A stretch of DNA of 44,914 nucleotides from a virus: UHGV virus genome UHGV-0253772; one strand, 5' to 3'. Below the pieces are notes generated by a model. It saw nothing but the letters and a program-made list of their open reading frames with translations. It did not search any database and was not told the origin of the DNA. Made by a program: the position numbers and the translations under genes. Shown here in pieces: positions 18,564 to 28,900 of this stretch; position 1 is the stretch's first letter, and each line of letters opens with the position of its first letter.

Positions 18564-18935
18564 TTATTTTTTGAGAGTCGCTACAGCAGAGAACGTTGGT
18601 TTGTTATCTGTCTGTTGTTGACCACCATTATCAGGAGTCTTCTTAGTGTCTGCTGCAAGTGCTTTCATCTCACCTGCTGAGTGAGTAAAGATAGTTTTAC
18701 CGACCTCAATCATACTCTTGATGGTTACGTCATCTGTGTTTAACCCGAACTCTGCAAGCTTAGCCGCGTCCCTTGTAACAATCGCCTCAAACAGCTTTGC
18801 AGCGAACTCAGCAGAATTATCAATGGTCAGTTGAGCTTTTACGAGCGAGCTTTTGTTACGAGAGCCTTTTGGTCTTCCAGATGGGTTTCCAGACTGGCCT
18901 TTTTTAAACTGGCCTTTGTTTGTTCTGTTTTTCAT
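18564..18935 (-). CDS. hypothetical basic protein with N-terminal GNPSGRPKG motif
   Basis: 123 aa, ATG start; function not assigned. Confidence 0.5.
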   Translation of the reverse strand: MKNRTNKGQFKKGQSGNPSGRPKGSRNKSSLVKAQLTIDNSAEFAAKLFEAIVTRDAAKLAEFGLNTDDVTIKSMIEVGKTIFTHSAGEMKALAADTKKTPDNGGQQQTDNKPTFSAVATLKK

Positions 18936-19184
18936 TGGTATGCCTCTTATAAGACCTCTTAAAAGGCTTTTAAGATAAAAGATAGATATCCAGAAAGATA
19001 TCTGTTTAAATAGCCTTTTTAGAGGAACCTTTTAAGTTATCTTCTAAGTATTTATAAGCCTACACCTTGTCAAGTACTTTGTCAACAACTTTTTTAACTT
19101 GTAATAGTTCTTGACTTGTTGTATGGATTACTGTACCATCTTACTTAAAGCTGTAGGTCTGCCTTGTTCTACAAAGGAGACTTA

Positions 19185-19346
19185 ATGAGAAAATCAAATA
19201 AACCGAAGAAAGGTAAGAATACCAATCACTGTAAGGAATCAAAAAGGGTAGAGTTACTCTACTATTCATCCTCTGAAATTGGTCTGTACCTGTTCTTTCA
19301 AAATTACAGAAGACAAGAGGATTATCTATGTGTAGTTCCCAATTAG
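19185..19346 (+). CDS. hypothetical small basic protein
   Basis: ATG at 19185 with AAAGGAGA 7 nt upstream; first gene of the plus-strand block. Confidence 0.4.
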   Translation: MRKSNKPKKGKNTNHCKESKRVELLYYSSSEIGLYLFFQNYRRQEDYLCVVPN

Positions 19347-19561
19347 AAATCGCAGATATTATAGATTTATATCAAACTGCAAAGAGTCATGGTTATATAA
19401 CCTCAATTGGAAAGAATAGTCACTATGATGCTTTGACTGGAATGTATTTCAGGGCAATGGCTCAATCTAGTGAACAACACTTAATGGTTTCTTCCAGTGA
19501 GTTTACTTCGTTTCTCTATTGCAGCAAAATCATAAATCGCAGGAGAACTGAAAAATGTTAA
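19328..19561 (+). CDS. hypothetical protein
   Basis: 77 aa ORF, AAGAGGA upstream. Confidence 0.45.
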   Translation: MCSSQLEIADIIDLYQTAKSHGYITSIGKNSHYDALTGMYFRAMAQSSEQHLMVSSSEFTSFLYCSKIINRRRTEKC

Positions 19562-20145
19562 CAGTAACTTTTAATTACAATAGTGACGGCTCTGTATCAA
19601 TTAATTCACCGTATGCTAATGACCTCTTGAAAGAGTTAGTTAACCAGTGTGACAGAGGTCTTTTCTATGTTCAAAACTCTTTTAAACAAAAGACCATTGC
19701 TAATAATTTGATGCGCGTAACAGTGACTGCATCTAATCCAAACTATGACTTTGATAGTGAAAGTCCATATTCATTAGTTGCTCTTGGAGAGTCTAGTCAA
19801 TTTAAACTTGTATGCCATGACTCAGAAACATTTCTTAAGGTATTTTCCAACCTTATTCACAATAATAAGTATAGTTACGTTGATGGGAGTGTGAACTTCT
19901 ATCCAGCAAACTATACCTGTTTATTGGTTGATAATATGAGAAAGAGTAAGCAAGAGCCTACAGAAATTTCATTTGATGTGAACTCTAGTCCAGATGCAGA
20001 AACAAGTAACAGCTTTGATATGGATTATGCGCTATCGCTTAGTAAAAAATCCGAGTTCATTGATTATGTCAATGGATTTGGTTTTAAGTTTGATGAGAGT
20101 ATGAATCTCAAAAAACTTAAGAACCTACTTAAGACTAAAGCTTAA
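19555..20145 (+). CDS. hypothetical protein
   Basis: 196 aa ORF, CAGGAGA RBS. Confidence 0.55.
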   Translation: MLTVTFNYNSDGSVSINSPYANDLLKELVNQCDRGLFYVQNSFKQKTIANNLMRVTVTASNPNYDFDSESPYSLVALGESSQFKLVCHDSETFLKVFSNLIHNNKYSYVDGSVNFYPANYTCLLVDNMRKSKQEPTEISFDVNSSPDAETSNSFDMDYALSLSKKSEFIDYVNGFGFKFDESMNLKKLKNLLKTKA

Positions 20146-20192
20146 GTGTAGATAGGGGTTATTACCCCTTTTACTATTTATAAGGATATTTA

Positions 20193-20564
20193 ATGAAGGC
20201 TAAGAGTGCAAAAGACTTTTACTGCTTCCTACAATCCTACATCAATTCTGTGAAAAATGGTGAGCGATATAATCTTAATGATGTTATCCCAACACCTTTG
20301 ACATGGAGACTAAGTAAATGGCCTGAAGAAGATATCACATCGACGAGTGAACAACCTGCCTACAACCCTGAAATGCACATCCCAGATTCTGAAAACCTAT
20401 TATATCCAATGTTTCATATTGTTGGTCTTGGTAGATTTCTTATGGATATTCAATATGTGATTGGTAAGGGTTATGAGATTAAAGGTATTGTTGTTGGTGA
20501 TGTATCTTCACATCATAAAGGTTATTTTAGATTAAACGCACATTTAGAGGCTAAAAAGAAATGA
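20193..20564 (+). CDS. hypothetical protein, paralog of the N-terminal domain of the downstream Ig-like protein
   Basis: 123 aa; alignable by eye with residues 1-125 of the next ORF (shared YxxF..F..NVKxGxRY ... FxMDxQYxI motifs). Confidence 0.55.
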   Translation: MKAKSAKDFYCFLQSYINSVKNGERYNLNDVIPTPLTWRLSKWPEEDITSTSEQPAYNPEMHIPDSENLLYPMFHIVGLGRFLMDIQYVIGKGYEIKGIVVGDVSSHHKGYFRLNAHLEAKKK

Positions 20565-21694
20565 TTAAAGCAAAAACTTACCCAGACTTCAAAGAGTTTG
20601 TGAAGGGCTTCATTGCAAACGTAAAGGCTGGTAAGAGATATGATTTTAGAACATATCAAGAAGCTATTTTACCGCTTACCTATAGTTCATATTGGCCTGA
20701 AGCTGATATCGCAGAAGTTGAGAAGTTTGACTACAAGCCAGACTACAAAGTTCCTTTTAGTGATGAATTGCTTTACAGTGTTGGTGCACAGATGAGAACT
20801 GCTGATTTCTTCATGGATTTGCAGTATGCAATCATCAATGGTAAAGATGTTGACACAATTTACTGTGAATGGTTGGCAAGAGTTAAGCCGTTCTCAATGT
20901 TGAATGCTAAGTTGAAGGATGCTATCAAGCCACCATCAATTACTCAGCAACCAACCAATCAAACAGTAAATGAAGGTGGTACACTTACCCTAAGTATTAT
21001 TGCAACTAATGCCACTGGATATCAATGGAAGAAGGATGGTGAGGACATCTCCAGTGCCACTTCTGCAACTTACACAAAACAATCTGTAGTACCTGCCGAT
21101 GCTGGTTCATATACTTGTGTTGTATCTGGAGAGGCTGGGACAAGTGTTACTTCAGACGCAGCAACAGTTACCGTTAACGCACTACCTGTTATTACCAAGC
21201 AACCTTCTAGCCAGACCATCAATGAGGGTGGAAACATTAGCTTGGAAGTGACTGCCACAGGTGCAACGGGCTATCAGTGGAAGAAAGATGGCTCTAATAT
21301 TCCTTCAGCTACAAATGCTACTTATAGCAAGTCTGGTGCACTACCAGCAGATGCAGGTTCATATACTTGCGTTGTAACGGGTGCAGGTGGTTCCGTTACT
21401 TCTAGCCCTGCAACAGTAACTGTTAAAGCACTTCCGGTAATCACTCAACAGCCAACTAATCAAGAAATCACTGAAGGTGAGGTATTGACACTCAACGTTG
21501 TGGCAACAGGTGCAACGGGTTATCAGTGGAAGAAGGGTGAGGAAAACATCCCAGACGCAACGACTGCAACTTACACCAAAGAAGGTGCAACTGCTGCTGA
21601 TGCAGGAAGCTACACTTGCGTAGTGACTGGTGCAGGTGGCTCTGTAACATCTAATGCGGCAACAGTTACAGTTAACCCAACAGGGGAGGCATAA
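20561..21694 (+). CDS. protein with three tandem Ig-like domains and a unique N-terminal domain
   Basis: three about 80 aa repeats each with TGYQWKKDG ... ADAGSYTCVV ... ATVTV pattern; stop overlaps endolysin start (TAATG). Confidence 0.65.
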   Translation: MIKAKTYPDFKEFVKGFIANVKAGKRYDFRTYQEAILPLTYSSYWPEADIAEVEKFDYKPDYKVPFSDELLYSVGAQMRTADFFMDLQYAIINGKDVDTIYCEWLARVKPFSMLNAKLKDAIKPPSITQQPTNQTVNEGGTLTLSIIATNATGYQWKKDGEDISSATSATYTKQSVVPADAGSYTCVVSGEAGTSVTSDAATVTVNALPVITKQPSSQTINEGGNISLEVTATGATGYQWKKDGSNIPSATNATYSKSGALPADAGSYTCVVTGAGGSVTSSPATVTVKALPVITQQPTNQEITEGEVLTLNVVATGATGYQWKKGEENIPDATTATYTKEGATAADAGSYTCVVTGAGGSVTSNAATVTVNPTGEA

Positions 21695-22158
21695 TGCAAC
21701 TCTCAAGAAAAGGTTTAGATGCCATTAAGTTCTTTGAAGGTCTGAAGTTAGAGGCTTACAAAGACTCTGCCGGAATCCCAACAATCGGGTACGGTACAAT
21801 CCGTATTGACGGAAAACCTGTTAAGATGGGTATGAAAATTACTGCTGAACAAGCTGAACAGTATCTTCTCGCAGATGTTGAAAAGTTTGTTGCAGCAGTG
21901 AACAAAGCTATCAAGGTTCCAACTTCTCAGAATGAGTTCGATGCACTTGTAAGTGAAACATACAACATCGGTATCACAGCTATGCAGGACTCTACATTTA
22001 TCAAGCGCCACAATGCTGGTAATAAAGTAGGTTGTGCAGAAGCTATGCAGTGGTGGAACAAGATTACAGTCAAAGGTGAGAAGGTCACTTCAAACGGTCT
22101 GAAAAATAGACGAAGAATGGAAGCTGACATTTATCTTGACAGTGTATATCCAAAGTAA
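21694..22158 (+). CDS. endolysin, GH24 phage lysozyme family
   Basis: N-terminal GLDAIKFFEGLKLEAYKDSAGIPTIGYGT signature of phage lysozyme/muramidase with catalytic Glu. Confidence 0.85.
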   Translation: MQLSRKGLDAIKFFEGLKLEAYKDSAGIPTIGYGTIRIDGKPVKMGMKITAEQAEQYLLADVEKFVAAVNKAIKVPTSQNEFDALVSETYNIGITAMQDSTFIKRHNAGNKVGCAEAMQWWNKITVKGEKVTSNGLKNRRRMEADIYLDSVYPK

Positions 22159-22168
22159 TATCTTCATA

Positions 22169-22195
22169 GGCTCCTTCGGGAGCCTTTTTTATTTT
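22169..22195 (+). terminator. rho-independent terminator
   Basis: GGCTCC-TTCG-GGAGCC hairpin followed by T6ATTTT. Confidence 0.7.
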
Positions 22196-22209
22196 CTAAG
22201 GAGAAAGCT

Positions 22210-22608
22210 ATGAAACTTTGGGCTAGTGACTTTGGGACTTTTAAGTACACCCGTAATGGCTCGCTTGTACGCATTGTTGGAAATAATGTAGTTTCAAGAG
22301 GTGACAAGGTGTATACACGGTTTACTGTAGAGCTTGTTGAACTGTCACCTATTGAGTCTGTTAACAATGGTCTATTCAAGTTTGAGACTTACAATGTCAA
22401 TGAGCATGGACAATTCAACCCTCTTGGCGAAAGTGGACTTGATATTATTTCAGAGCACCCATTGACAAAAGAGCAACTTGCAGGTTACTATAAAACTGTT
22501 CTGGAAAGGCAGTTAGCAACACATGAACAAGAAGCTAACTACCATCTACAGCATTGCGAAAATTTAAGAGCAAAAATTGAACAAGCAGAGAGAGGTTTTT
22601 ATGAATAA
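22210..22608 (+). CDS. hypothetical protein
   Basis: 132 aa, AAGGAGA RBS. Confidence 0.55.
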   Translation: MKLWASDFGTFKYTRNGSLVRIVGNNVVSRGDKVYTRFTVELVELSPIESVNNGLFKFETYNVNEHGQFNPLGESGLDIISEHPLTKEQLAGYYKTVLERQLATHEQEANYHLQHCENLRAKIEQAERGFYE

Positions 22609-22990
22609 AGAGATTCAAGTAAAAGTTGACACGTTTGGGCATGATGGTCGTGAAGACGCTGGTCTTGCTGATGCAGTAATTTTTGAGTGTAATGGTAATA
22701 TCAGCCTTCGTTTTACAGGCTCAGGTAGCACACTACGTAGGATGCGAGATGATGCAGATGGATGCCCTGTATTTGGTTGGTATGACATGGAGTTCCCACT
22801 TTATGCAATCCATTATCCAGATGGTGGGGAAGACTGGACAACTCAATCAATCCGTGATGAGCTTAACGGCATTCCGGTTGAGCCAGAAGAGAAAGAGCCT
22901 GTTGAACTGACCTTTACATTCATCAAAGAGGAGAAGGTAGGTGATTTGTCAGTAACTGAAGCAATTCAAGTCTCACAGGTTATCCGTTAA
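22601..22990 (+). CDS. hypothetical protein
   Basis: ATG at 22601 with AGAGAGG upstream; the ORF-track start at 22577 is a TTG. Confidence 0.5.
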   Translation: MNKEIQVKVDTFGHDGREDAGLADAVIFECNGNISLRFTGSGSTLRRMRDDADGCPVFGWYDMEFPLYAIHYPDGGEDWTTQSIRDELNGIPVEPEEKEPVELTFTFIKEEKVGDLSVTEAIQVSQVIR

Positions 22991-23283
22991 TGAGCAAAGT
23001 ACAGGTTATTTTCCCTATTTGTGACTTCTCACTAGAGCGTGAACTTGACCTGTACGAAGAAATTACTGACGAAATCATCTGGTCTGTTGTAGAAGAGGCT
23101 ATCAAGAAACTGTATGGTGGCCTCTTAAACCCATCAAGTAAAAAGCTCACTACTAAGCAAGTAGCTGATACGTACACTTCATACGATGCCTACAACAAGC
23201 CTTTTGAAAATACCTGCTTTGACCTTATGGTAGGCAATAATAAAGTCAACTATTTCTTCGTCAGAGAGTTTAACGATGAGTAA
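22990..23283 (+). CDS. hypothetical protein
   Basis: 97 aa, coupled start TAATG. Confidence 0.5.
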   Translation: MSKVQVIFPICDFSLERELDLYEEITDEIIWSVVEEAIKKLYGGLLNPSSKKLTTKQVADTYTSYDAYNKPFENTCFDLMVGNNKVNYFFVREFNDE

Positions 23284-23620
23284 GCTCCATGTCGTAGTCT
23301 ACAAAAACTTCTCAGATATCAAAGAGTCTTTAACCAATAAGCTTGACATGCAACGGAAAAGACTCTTTTTAATGTACGATATTGACAACTACAACCATCC
23401 TAAAGAGTTCAACTACAAAGATGGTACAAAGGTTGTAGAATTTGAAGATTCTGTAACAGTGTATGTCAAACATGACTTACCAGCAAAGTACATAGGGATG
23501 TTAGAATACTATATATTCAAACATACAGGTATGCGTGGTGAATCTGTAAAGATATCTTCTGTAGAAGTTTTTGAGAAACCTAACACACAACTTAAAAAGT
23601 ATTTAATGAGGAAACTGTAA
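23276..23620 (+). CDS. hypothetical protein
   Basis: 114 aa ORF. Confidence 0.5.
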   Translation: MSKLHVVVYKNFSDIKESLTNKLDMQRKRLFLMYDIDNYNHPKEFNYKDGTKVVEFEDSVTVYVKHDLPAKYIGMLEYYIFKHTGMRGESVKISSVEVFEKPNTQLKKYLMRKL

Positions 23621-24210
23621 TGTCCGAAGAGCAACAGAATATTACCCCACAAGTAACACTAGTCCAACATTTTGGGAACATTGAAGGTTGTGTTGCACTT
23701 TTTCAACCAAGTATCAATTCTCCTGCAAAAGTCTGTAAGTTGACTATGAATGTCAACAATATCAGTGTTTGCCTTGTTGATGAAGTACAATACTTCAAAT
23801 TCAATGACAGAGAGGTTGATGCTGCACTATTGAAGTATCGAGCGAGCCTCGAAAAAGACATTGACCACAAAGAACTTGTAACACTGTTTGGTGACCTTCA
23901 CAAGCTTCTTGAAAAGGTTATTAAGCGTACATACTACATGAACAATGGTTCAATTGTCACAACTTTGATTTCTCCATGTATCTCAGAGCCAATTCTGACT
24001 GATGAAGGTGGATTCTACGTAGTGGCATCAGCAGATTCTGATTGGTGGATGAAAAATACAGCACTTAAGACGGTTATTGAGGCTATTCGTGAGCATATCC
24101 CTTCATTCAGCCCGTGGAAAGGTAAAGGTGATGACTTTATCGCATTGTTGAGCGAAGAAAGTAGCAAACGTAGTGCATTAATGCCTAAGAAATACTCTTG
24201 CCGAGTATAA
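23620..24210 (+). CDS. hypothetical protein
   Basis: 196 aa, GAGGAAA RBS, coupled start. Confidence 0.55.
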   Translation: MSEEQQNITPQVTLVQHFGNIEGCVALFQPSINSPAKVCKLTMNVNNISVCLVDEVQYFKFNDREVDAALLKYRASLEKDIDHKELVTLFGDLHKLLEKVIKRTYYMNNGSIVTTLISPCISEPILTDEGGFYVVASADSDWWMKNTALKTVIEAIREHIPSFSPWKGKGDDFIALLSEESSKRSALMPKKYSCRV

Positions 24211-24272
24211 AATATTGACTATAATGGGAGCTATCGAGAGGTAGTTCCCTTTTTAGTTTCTGGAGAATAGAT

Positions 24273-24818
24273 ATGCCTAAAGTAAAAGAACACGATAAAA
24301 TTATTCTGTATGTTAAACAAAACCCTTTGAAGAGTGTTGAGGCTGTTGTGACATATGTCTCACACAATGGTACAGTCTATTTTCGACCACTGAAGAACTT
24401 AGACTTTGATACTACACCAAACCACACATTTAGTACTTCTGCAAGACTGTGTGCAGGAACTGTATACTCAACCGCTGAGATTGAGTCCTTAGCTTTCACA
24501 GGTGCTTACAAGAACTTTATAGGGATTGCTTTAAAGGACTCTGAAGAAACTTTTAAGTTTTTCATGGAAACTAATAAGGGCTGTTATGCACATACTATGC
24601 CAGTTTTTAAGAGGGTTGGTACAGAGCTTGCTAGTAAGTGCGAAGAAATTAGCAGTGACCTGAAGGAACTTAAAGCATCGGTGCAGAATGCTGTTTACAT
24701 CATTGAAAGGAACCACTTAGAAGCTCTTTTCAGAGATATGTTGAAAGCAGGGTTTACTCCAAATGAAATCACAAGAGAGACTCAACGTCAGTTCAGAAAC
24801 GCTATGGTGAAAGAATGA
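24273..24818 (+). CDS. hypothetical protein
   Basis: 181 aa ORF, TGGAGAA RBS. Confidence 0.55.
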   Translation: MPKVKEHDKIILYVKQNPLKSVEAVVTYVSHNGTVYFRPLKNLDFDTTPNHTFSTSARLCAGTVYSTAEIESLAFTGAYKNFIGIALKDSEETFKFFMETNKGCYAHTMPVFKRVGTELASKCEEISSDLKELKASVQNAVYIIERNHLEALFRDMLKAGFTPNEITRETQRQFRNAMVKE

Positions 24819-25033
24819 AAAAACTAACTACAGTTGAAGATTACTACAAGCTGTCCCTATTAGAACAATATCGTAGGAGTCAGAATATCAGAAAATGCTA
24901 TGGTAAACACGCTGAAGGTGACTTTTACCGTTGCTACGATGCAGATTTAAAAGGTGTAACACCTAGAGGGAAAGTCCTGCAAAGACTTGTTGACCTTGAG
25001 TGGAACAAACGATTGAGAGGGGTTGGAAAATGA
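24815..25033 (+). CDS. hypothetical protein
   Basis: 72 aa ORF. Confidence 0.45.
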   Translation: MKKLTTVEDYYKLSLLEQYRRSQNIRKCYGKHAEGDFYRCYDADLKGVTPRGKVLQRLVDLEWNKRLRGVGK

Positions 25034-25533
25034 TTTACGAAGAAAGATATAAAATAGATTATCAGGATACTCGTCATCATACTTCTTTGAGAGTAACCAA
25101 ACCAAATGGAGATACCGGTATCATAGCACATTTCGGTGGTGATTATTGGTACGGTACAGGTTGTTTTGAAGGCTACACTCAAGAATACTTGAAAGCTTTC
25201 TACAGAGATTTTACAAACGACTACAACAGAGTTGTTGACGAAAAGAATAAGTGCATTAAGCATGAACACCATGCCAGAGGTTGTCTGAATATTGCTATGA
25301 TACTGGTTTTCTTCTTAGCAACATTACTAGCCGTATCAGCAATCAGCTACATAGCTCAAGACTTGACTATCACACAGATTACTGCAAAGGTATATGATGT
25401 TTGGTACTTGTATGCTGTTCCTTTAGCTGGTATCATCATCTCACTACTAAGATTCAGAGTTCATAAGAAACGACTTAAGGACTCGGAGATTAAACTTGAA
25501 GAGGTAAGTAAAGAATGCAACCTACAATTATAG
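25030..25533 (+). CDS. hypothetical membrane protein (two C-terminal transmembrane helices)
   Basis: ATG at 25030; hydrophobic segments LNIAMILVFFLATLLAVSAISYI and VWYLYAVPLAGIIISLL. Confidence 0.5.
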   Translation: MIYEERYKIDYQDTRHHTSLRVTKPNGDTGIIAHFGGDYWYGTGCFEGYTQEYLKAFYRDFTNDYNRVVDEKNKCIKHEHHARGCLNIAMILVFFLATLLAVSAISYIAQDLTITQITAKVYDVWYLYAVPLAGIIISLLRFRVHKKRLKDSEIKLEEVSKECNLQL

Positions 25534-25609
25534 CTGTATGTGTTCGTTTTGCAATCGCTGAAATGATTAACAAGGCAATCTTGAAAGATGCCTATGGAGA
25601 AACTAAGTA

Positions 25610-25834
25610 ATGATTAAGACACCTGTACCAATTTTTGGATTTCCTTCTATAGAAGAGTTTAAAGTTTATCTTGACAAAAACTTCTACAATGAGCAGCCTG
25701 TTACTTTGCTGAAGAGTGACTTATCAGAGCTTCTTGATATGGTTATCAAGGCAACTTCTGAGAAGGAGCCTGAGCAGAAAGCTGAGAAGAAGACTAGTAA
25801 GAAATCCGATAAAAAGGCTGAAAAGTCTGAGTAG
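25610..25834 (+). CDS. hypothetical protein with lysine-rich C-terminus
   Basis: 74 aa, GGAGA RBS. Confidence 0.5.
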   Translation: MIKTPVPIFGFPSIEEFKVYLDKNFYNEQPVTLLKSDLSELLDMVIKATSEKEPEQKAEKKTSKKSDKKAEKSE

Positions 25835-25887
25835 TAACTTGAGGGGTTACTTGATAGCCCCTTCGTAGAAACTTAGAAGGTAGCGAA

Positions 25888-26310
25888 ATGAAAGAGCTTA
25901 TTGGTAAAAGATTGACAGTTTACTGCTCTAAAACAAAGAAACCACTCACTTCTGTGAAGGTTTTTGATGTTGACACCACTGGTGTAGAGTACCCAATCCA
26001 ATGCACAATAATTACTCCATTCAATGCAGATGATATGGATTTTAAAGAGTGTGAAGTGATATCTTTTAATGCTGATGGGTATTGGAGAGGTAAGTTAAAC
26101 AAGCAATCAAAAGATTTTGATATGAAAATCCTTATCAATGAGGGCTATATCAGTGTAAAAGATATCCTCGTAGAAGCCTATGAAGAGGGTATAATAGATG
26201 TTGTGCAAGATGTTGAAAAAGCTTTAAAGCTTGTTATTCCACATTTAGAATCTGGAAAGCTGACTTTAGAGATGCTTAATAGGGTTATTCGGAGAGCTTA
26301 TGAAAATTAA
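25888..26310 (+). CDS. hypothetical protein
   Basis: 140 aa ORF. Confidence 0.5.
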   Translation: MKELIGKRLTVYCSKTKKPLTSVKVFDVDTTGVEYPIQCTIITPFNADDMDFKECEVISFNADGYWRGKLNKQSKDFDMKILINEGYISVKDILVEAYEEGIIDVVQDVEKALKLVIPHLESGKLTLEMLNRVIRRAYEN

Positions 26311-26764
26311 AGTAGTAGTTCAAAAAGCAATGCTTAACAATTCAACTAAAGATAAAATGTACAAAGAGATTTGTGATAAGTTGAATTGTTCAAGACATGC
26401 TGCTAAGGCTCTTGTGCATTGCTTTATCTTGGAATGCTCAGAAGCTTATATGAAACATATAGCTTTTGAAAGTTCTAACTTACTAGGTGATGTAGAAGTT
26501 GGTGAGAAGCTAAAAGAACCTGAGATGAAAACAGTTCCTAAAGTTGGTAATGTATACCCTCTTAAAGATTTCAAGACTGGAAAGATTGTTGCAAAAGGTG
26601 TAGTAGAATCTGTTTATCACGATGGTAAATACTTACTTAAAATATTTGAGTATGATAGCCACTACACACACTTATGTGGGATTACATTCTTAGTAACAGA
26701 AGAAGACCTCATTAAGAACAATGGCAACAAGTTTGCAGTTCCAGCTTACCAAGTTTTACGATAA
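26300..26764 (+). CDS. hypothetical protein
   Basis: 154 aa, GGAGAG RBS. Confidence 0.5.
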   Translation: MKIKVVVQKAMLNNSTKDKMYKEICDKLNCSRHAAKALVHCFILECSEAYMKHIAFESSNLLGDVEVGEKLKEPEMKTVPKVGNVYPLKDFKTGKIVAKGVVESVYHDGKYLLKIFEYDSHYTHLCGITFLVTEEDLIKNNGNKFAVPAYQVLR

Positions 26765-26777
26765 TGGTGTGATAGAT

Positions 26778-27326
26778 ATGGAAAAAGATAACTTAAAAGA
26801 TGTTGAAGGTAACTACCTAGTACTTGACTGGAGTGATATCCGAGAAGCACTCTCCGAAGAAAGCCTTGACCTGCTAGAGCAACTTATCTTCTCAGTACGC
26901 CATACCAGAGGTATTGTAAATGGTAAAGAACCATTAGAAGGAATCTTTGTAGAGAAGTCTTATCCGTTCTATGAAGACACTTTACAGAAAGTTAAAATCT
27001 ACTTTAGACAGAAGAACCGTAAAGTGGTCACTATGGTATCTCTTGGTGGACAGAGTATGTCTGTGATGGAAGATATCAACCCTAAGAGACCGAGTAAAGG
27101 TGTTTGTATAAAAATCACAGGTCATGAAGAGTATATCTCAGTGGATGACTTTAGCTCATTCTGTAGTGGTTCTTGTGTCTTTAATGGTTTTCACTATGAT
27201 ATCCGAGTGTACCCAATCAAGGGAGATGATATCATGATGCAGGTATTCGATAATAACAATGGATTTACTCATTTTTATCAGACAACCAAGTCATCATTAA
27301 AAACAGTTCTTGAAACACTGATTTAA
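26778..27326 (+). CDS. hypothetical protein
   Basis: ATG at 26778 chosen to avoid a 43 nt overlap with the upstream gene; start uncertain. Confidence 0.45.
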   Translation: MEKDNLKDVEGNYLVLDWSDIREALSEESLDLLEQLIFSVRHTRGIVNGKEPLEGIFVEKSYPFYEDTLQKVKIYFRQKNRKVVTMVSLGGQSMSVMEDINPKRPSKGVCIKITGHEEYISVDDFSSFCSGSCVFNGFHYDIRVYPIKGDDIMMQVFDNNNGFTHFYQTTKSSLKTVLETLI

Positions 27327-27337
27327 AATATCTTAAG

Positions 27338-27370
27338 AGCCTCCTTAATCGGGGGCTTTTTAATTTTTAT
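27338..27370 (+). terminator. rho-independent terminator ending the plus-strand block
   Basis: hairpin AGCCTCC-ttaatc-GGGGGCT followed by a T-rich run. Confidence 0.55.
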
Positions 27371-27399
27371 AAAATTTTATCGGTTGTCCCAACCTCTGG

Positions 27400-28900
27400 G
27401 TCACCATCATATGTGAATAAGATATCTACCCTTCTTAATAGCCTTCTTAATCTTACTCTCTATATAGTTATATAGTACTATACAGTATCTTAGTAACTAT
27501 CTAGTGGTCTTAATAGCCCTCTGTATAGCCCTTCTAAACACTCTTCTAACAAGCCTTCTTAACAGCCTATACAATCACCTTAACCGTACCTCTACACCCT
27601 CTTAGAAGCCCCTATACACCTCTTAATCTCTATGTCAGCTATGATACCCTCTATATGTGTTCACTAGGGAATACTAAGCCTCTATATAGACTGTTTTAAC
27701 AAACTTAACAGGAATATCTTCACAGACCTTATCTCACAAGGTCTAACACGGTACTAACAAGGTATCTTATAAGCCTGTTTATGCCTGTATTTTTAAAAGA
27801 CTGTATAGGTAATTATTCAGAATTTTAAAATTTTTATAAAATAGGACTATCAAGTCATTTTTTAGGGTCTTTGAAGGAACTGAAAAATATCTGTAGAAGA
27901 TGTATATCTGCTTGGTAGCCCTTAACATCCCTGTAACATCCCCTTTGCAGAATTTTAAAATATCATTAACAATCTCTTAACAGCTATTACATTCTCTTAA
28001 CATCTCTTCAGAGGTCTTAACAGATTCTTAACAGAACTAACAAGGGTGTAACAAGTTCTTAACAGTCAATACATGGTCTTTATAGTTTCTTAACAGATGA
28101 CTAACAATAGCTAACAAGTTAATTTTTAAGAGTTATTTTGTAGGGATTGGTAACAATACCAATTAAGATAATTAACAAGTTTCTAACAAGTGTTTAATCT
28201 TTTTAACAAGCTATTAACATGGTCACTATCTCTTTTCTTATCATTCCCTTTCCCTCTTAGTGATTCTCTAAATAGCCCTCTTAAAAGCTCTCTATAGCTC
28301 CTTGTAAGCTCTTTTAAGCCTCTTCCTAGTAGTTACACCCCAACTGTACAGACACCTTTTTATAGGGCTTTACAGGGGCTTTAAAGGCTATGTCAAAGGT
28401 TCTTACAAGGCTTTTACGTGGTCTTAACAGAGATTTAACAAGGGGCTAACAAGTTGCTAACAAGTGCCTTAAAAGCATAACTATGTAGGGATTGTTAAGA
28501 AATTGTTAAGGGGGCTAGCATTTACGTAACTTTTAAGCTATCTATCACGTAACTTTGAAGTAACTTTATAGCCCCTATAACATACTTTTTAGTGACTATC
28601 AAGGGGATTGTTTAGTTATTCACAAGATACTAACGAGATAATAAAGCTCACACCCTTATAAGATTCTTTTAAGCCTCTATAAAGCCCTGTAAAGAGCTTT
28701 TAAGGGTGAGTTAATGCAATCCCTTAAGTTAGATTGATAAGGCTGTTATAGCGCTTTATAGAGCGTTTAAGTGGGCCATCCCCTTTCTGGGGTTATTGGC
28801 TTATATTTAAGTTGATTTGATAAAAGGCTATAGAGTAGACTATAGAGTTATTGCTTTTAAGGTCTGATAAGATTCTGAAAAGGTGAGGAAAGGGATTGTA
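27400..28900. repeat. ORF-free region dense in short TAACA(A/G)-type motifs and other short direct repeats
   Basis: no ORF of 60 aa or more on either strand; roughly 30 copies of cTTAACAG / cTAACAAG-like motifs, clustered at 27960-28230 and 28420-28465. Confidence 0.6.

Noticed and set aside
18564-18935. Calling the GNPSGRPKG-motif protein a small terminase subunit
   Set aside because: It is not adjacent to terL (separated by the whole tRNA cluster) and I cannot verify the family from sequence alone; left as hypothetical.
25515-25610. 31 aa ORF (MQPTIIAVCVRFAIAEMINKAILKDAYGETK) with GAGGTAAG RBS between two plus-strand genes
   Set aside because: Plausible micro-protein but too short to support without conservation or expression data; not listed as a feature.
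27400-28900. CRISPR array as an explanation for the repeat-dense ORF-free region
   Set aside because: Repeats are 7-9 bp, irregularly spaced and degenerate, not 25-40 bp direct repeats separated by uniform unique spacers.
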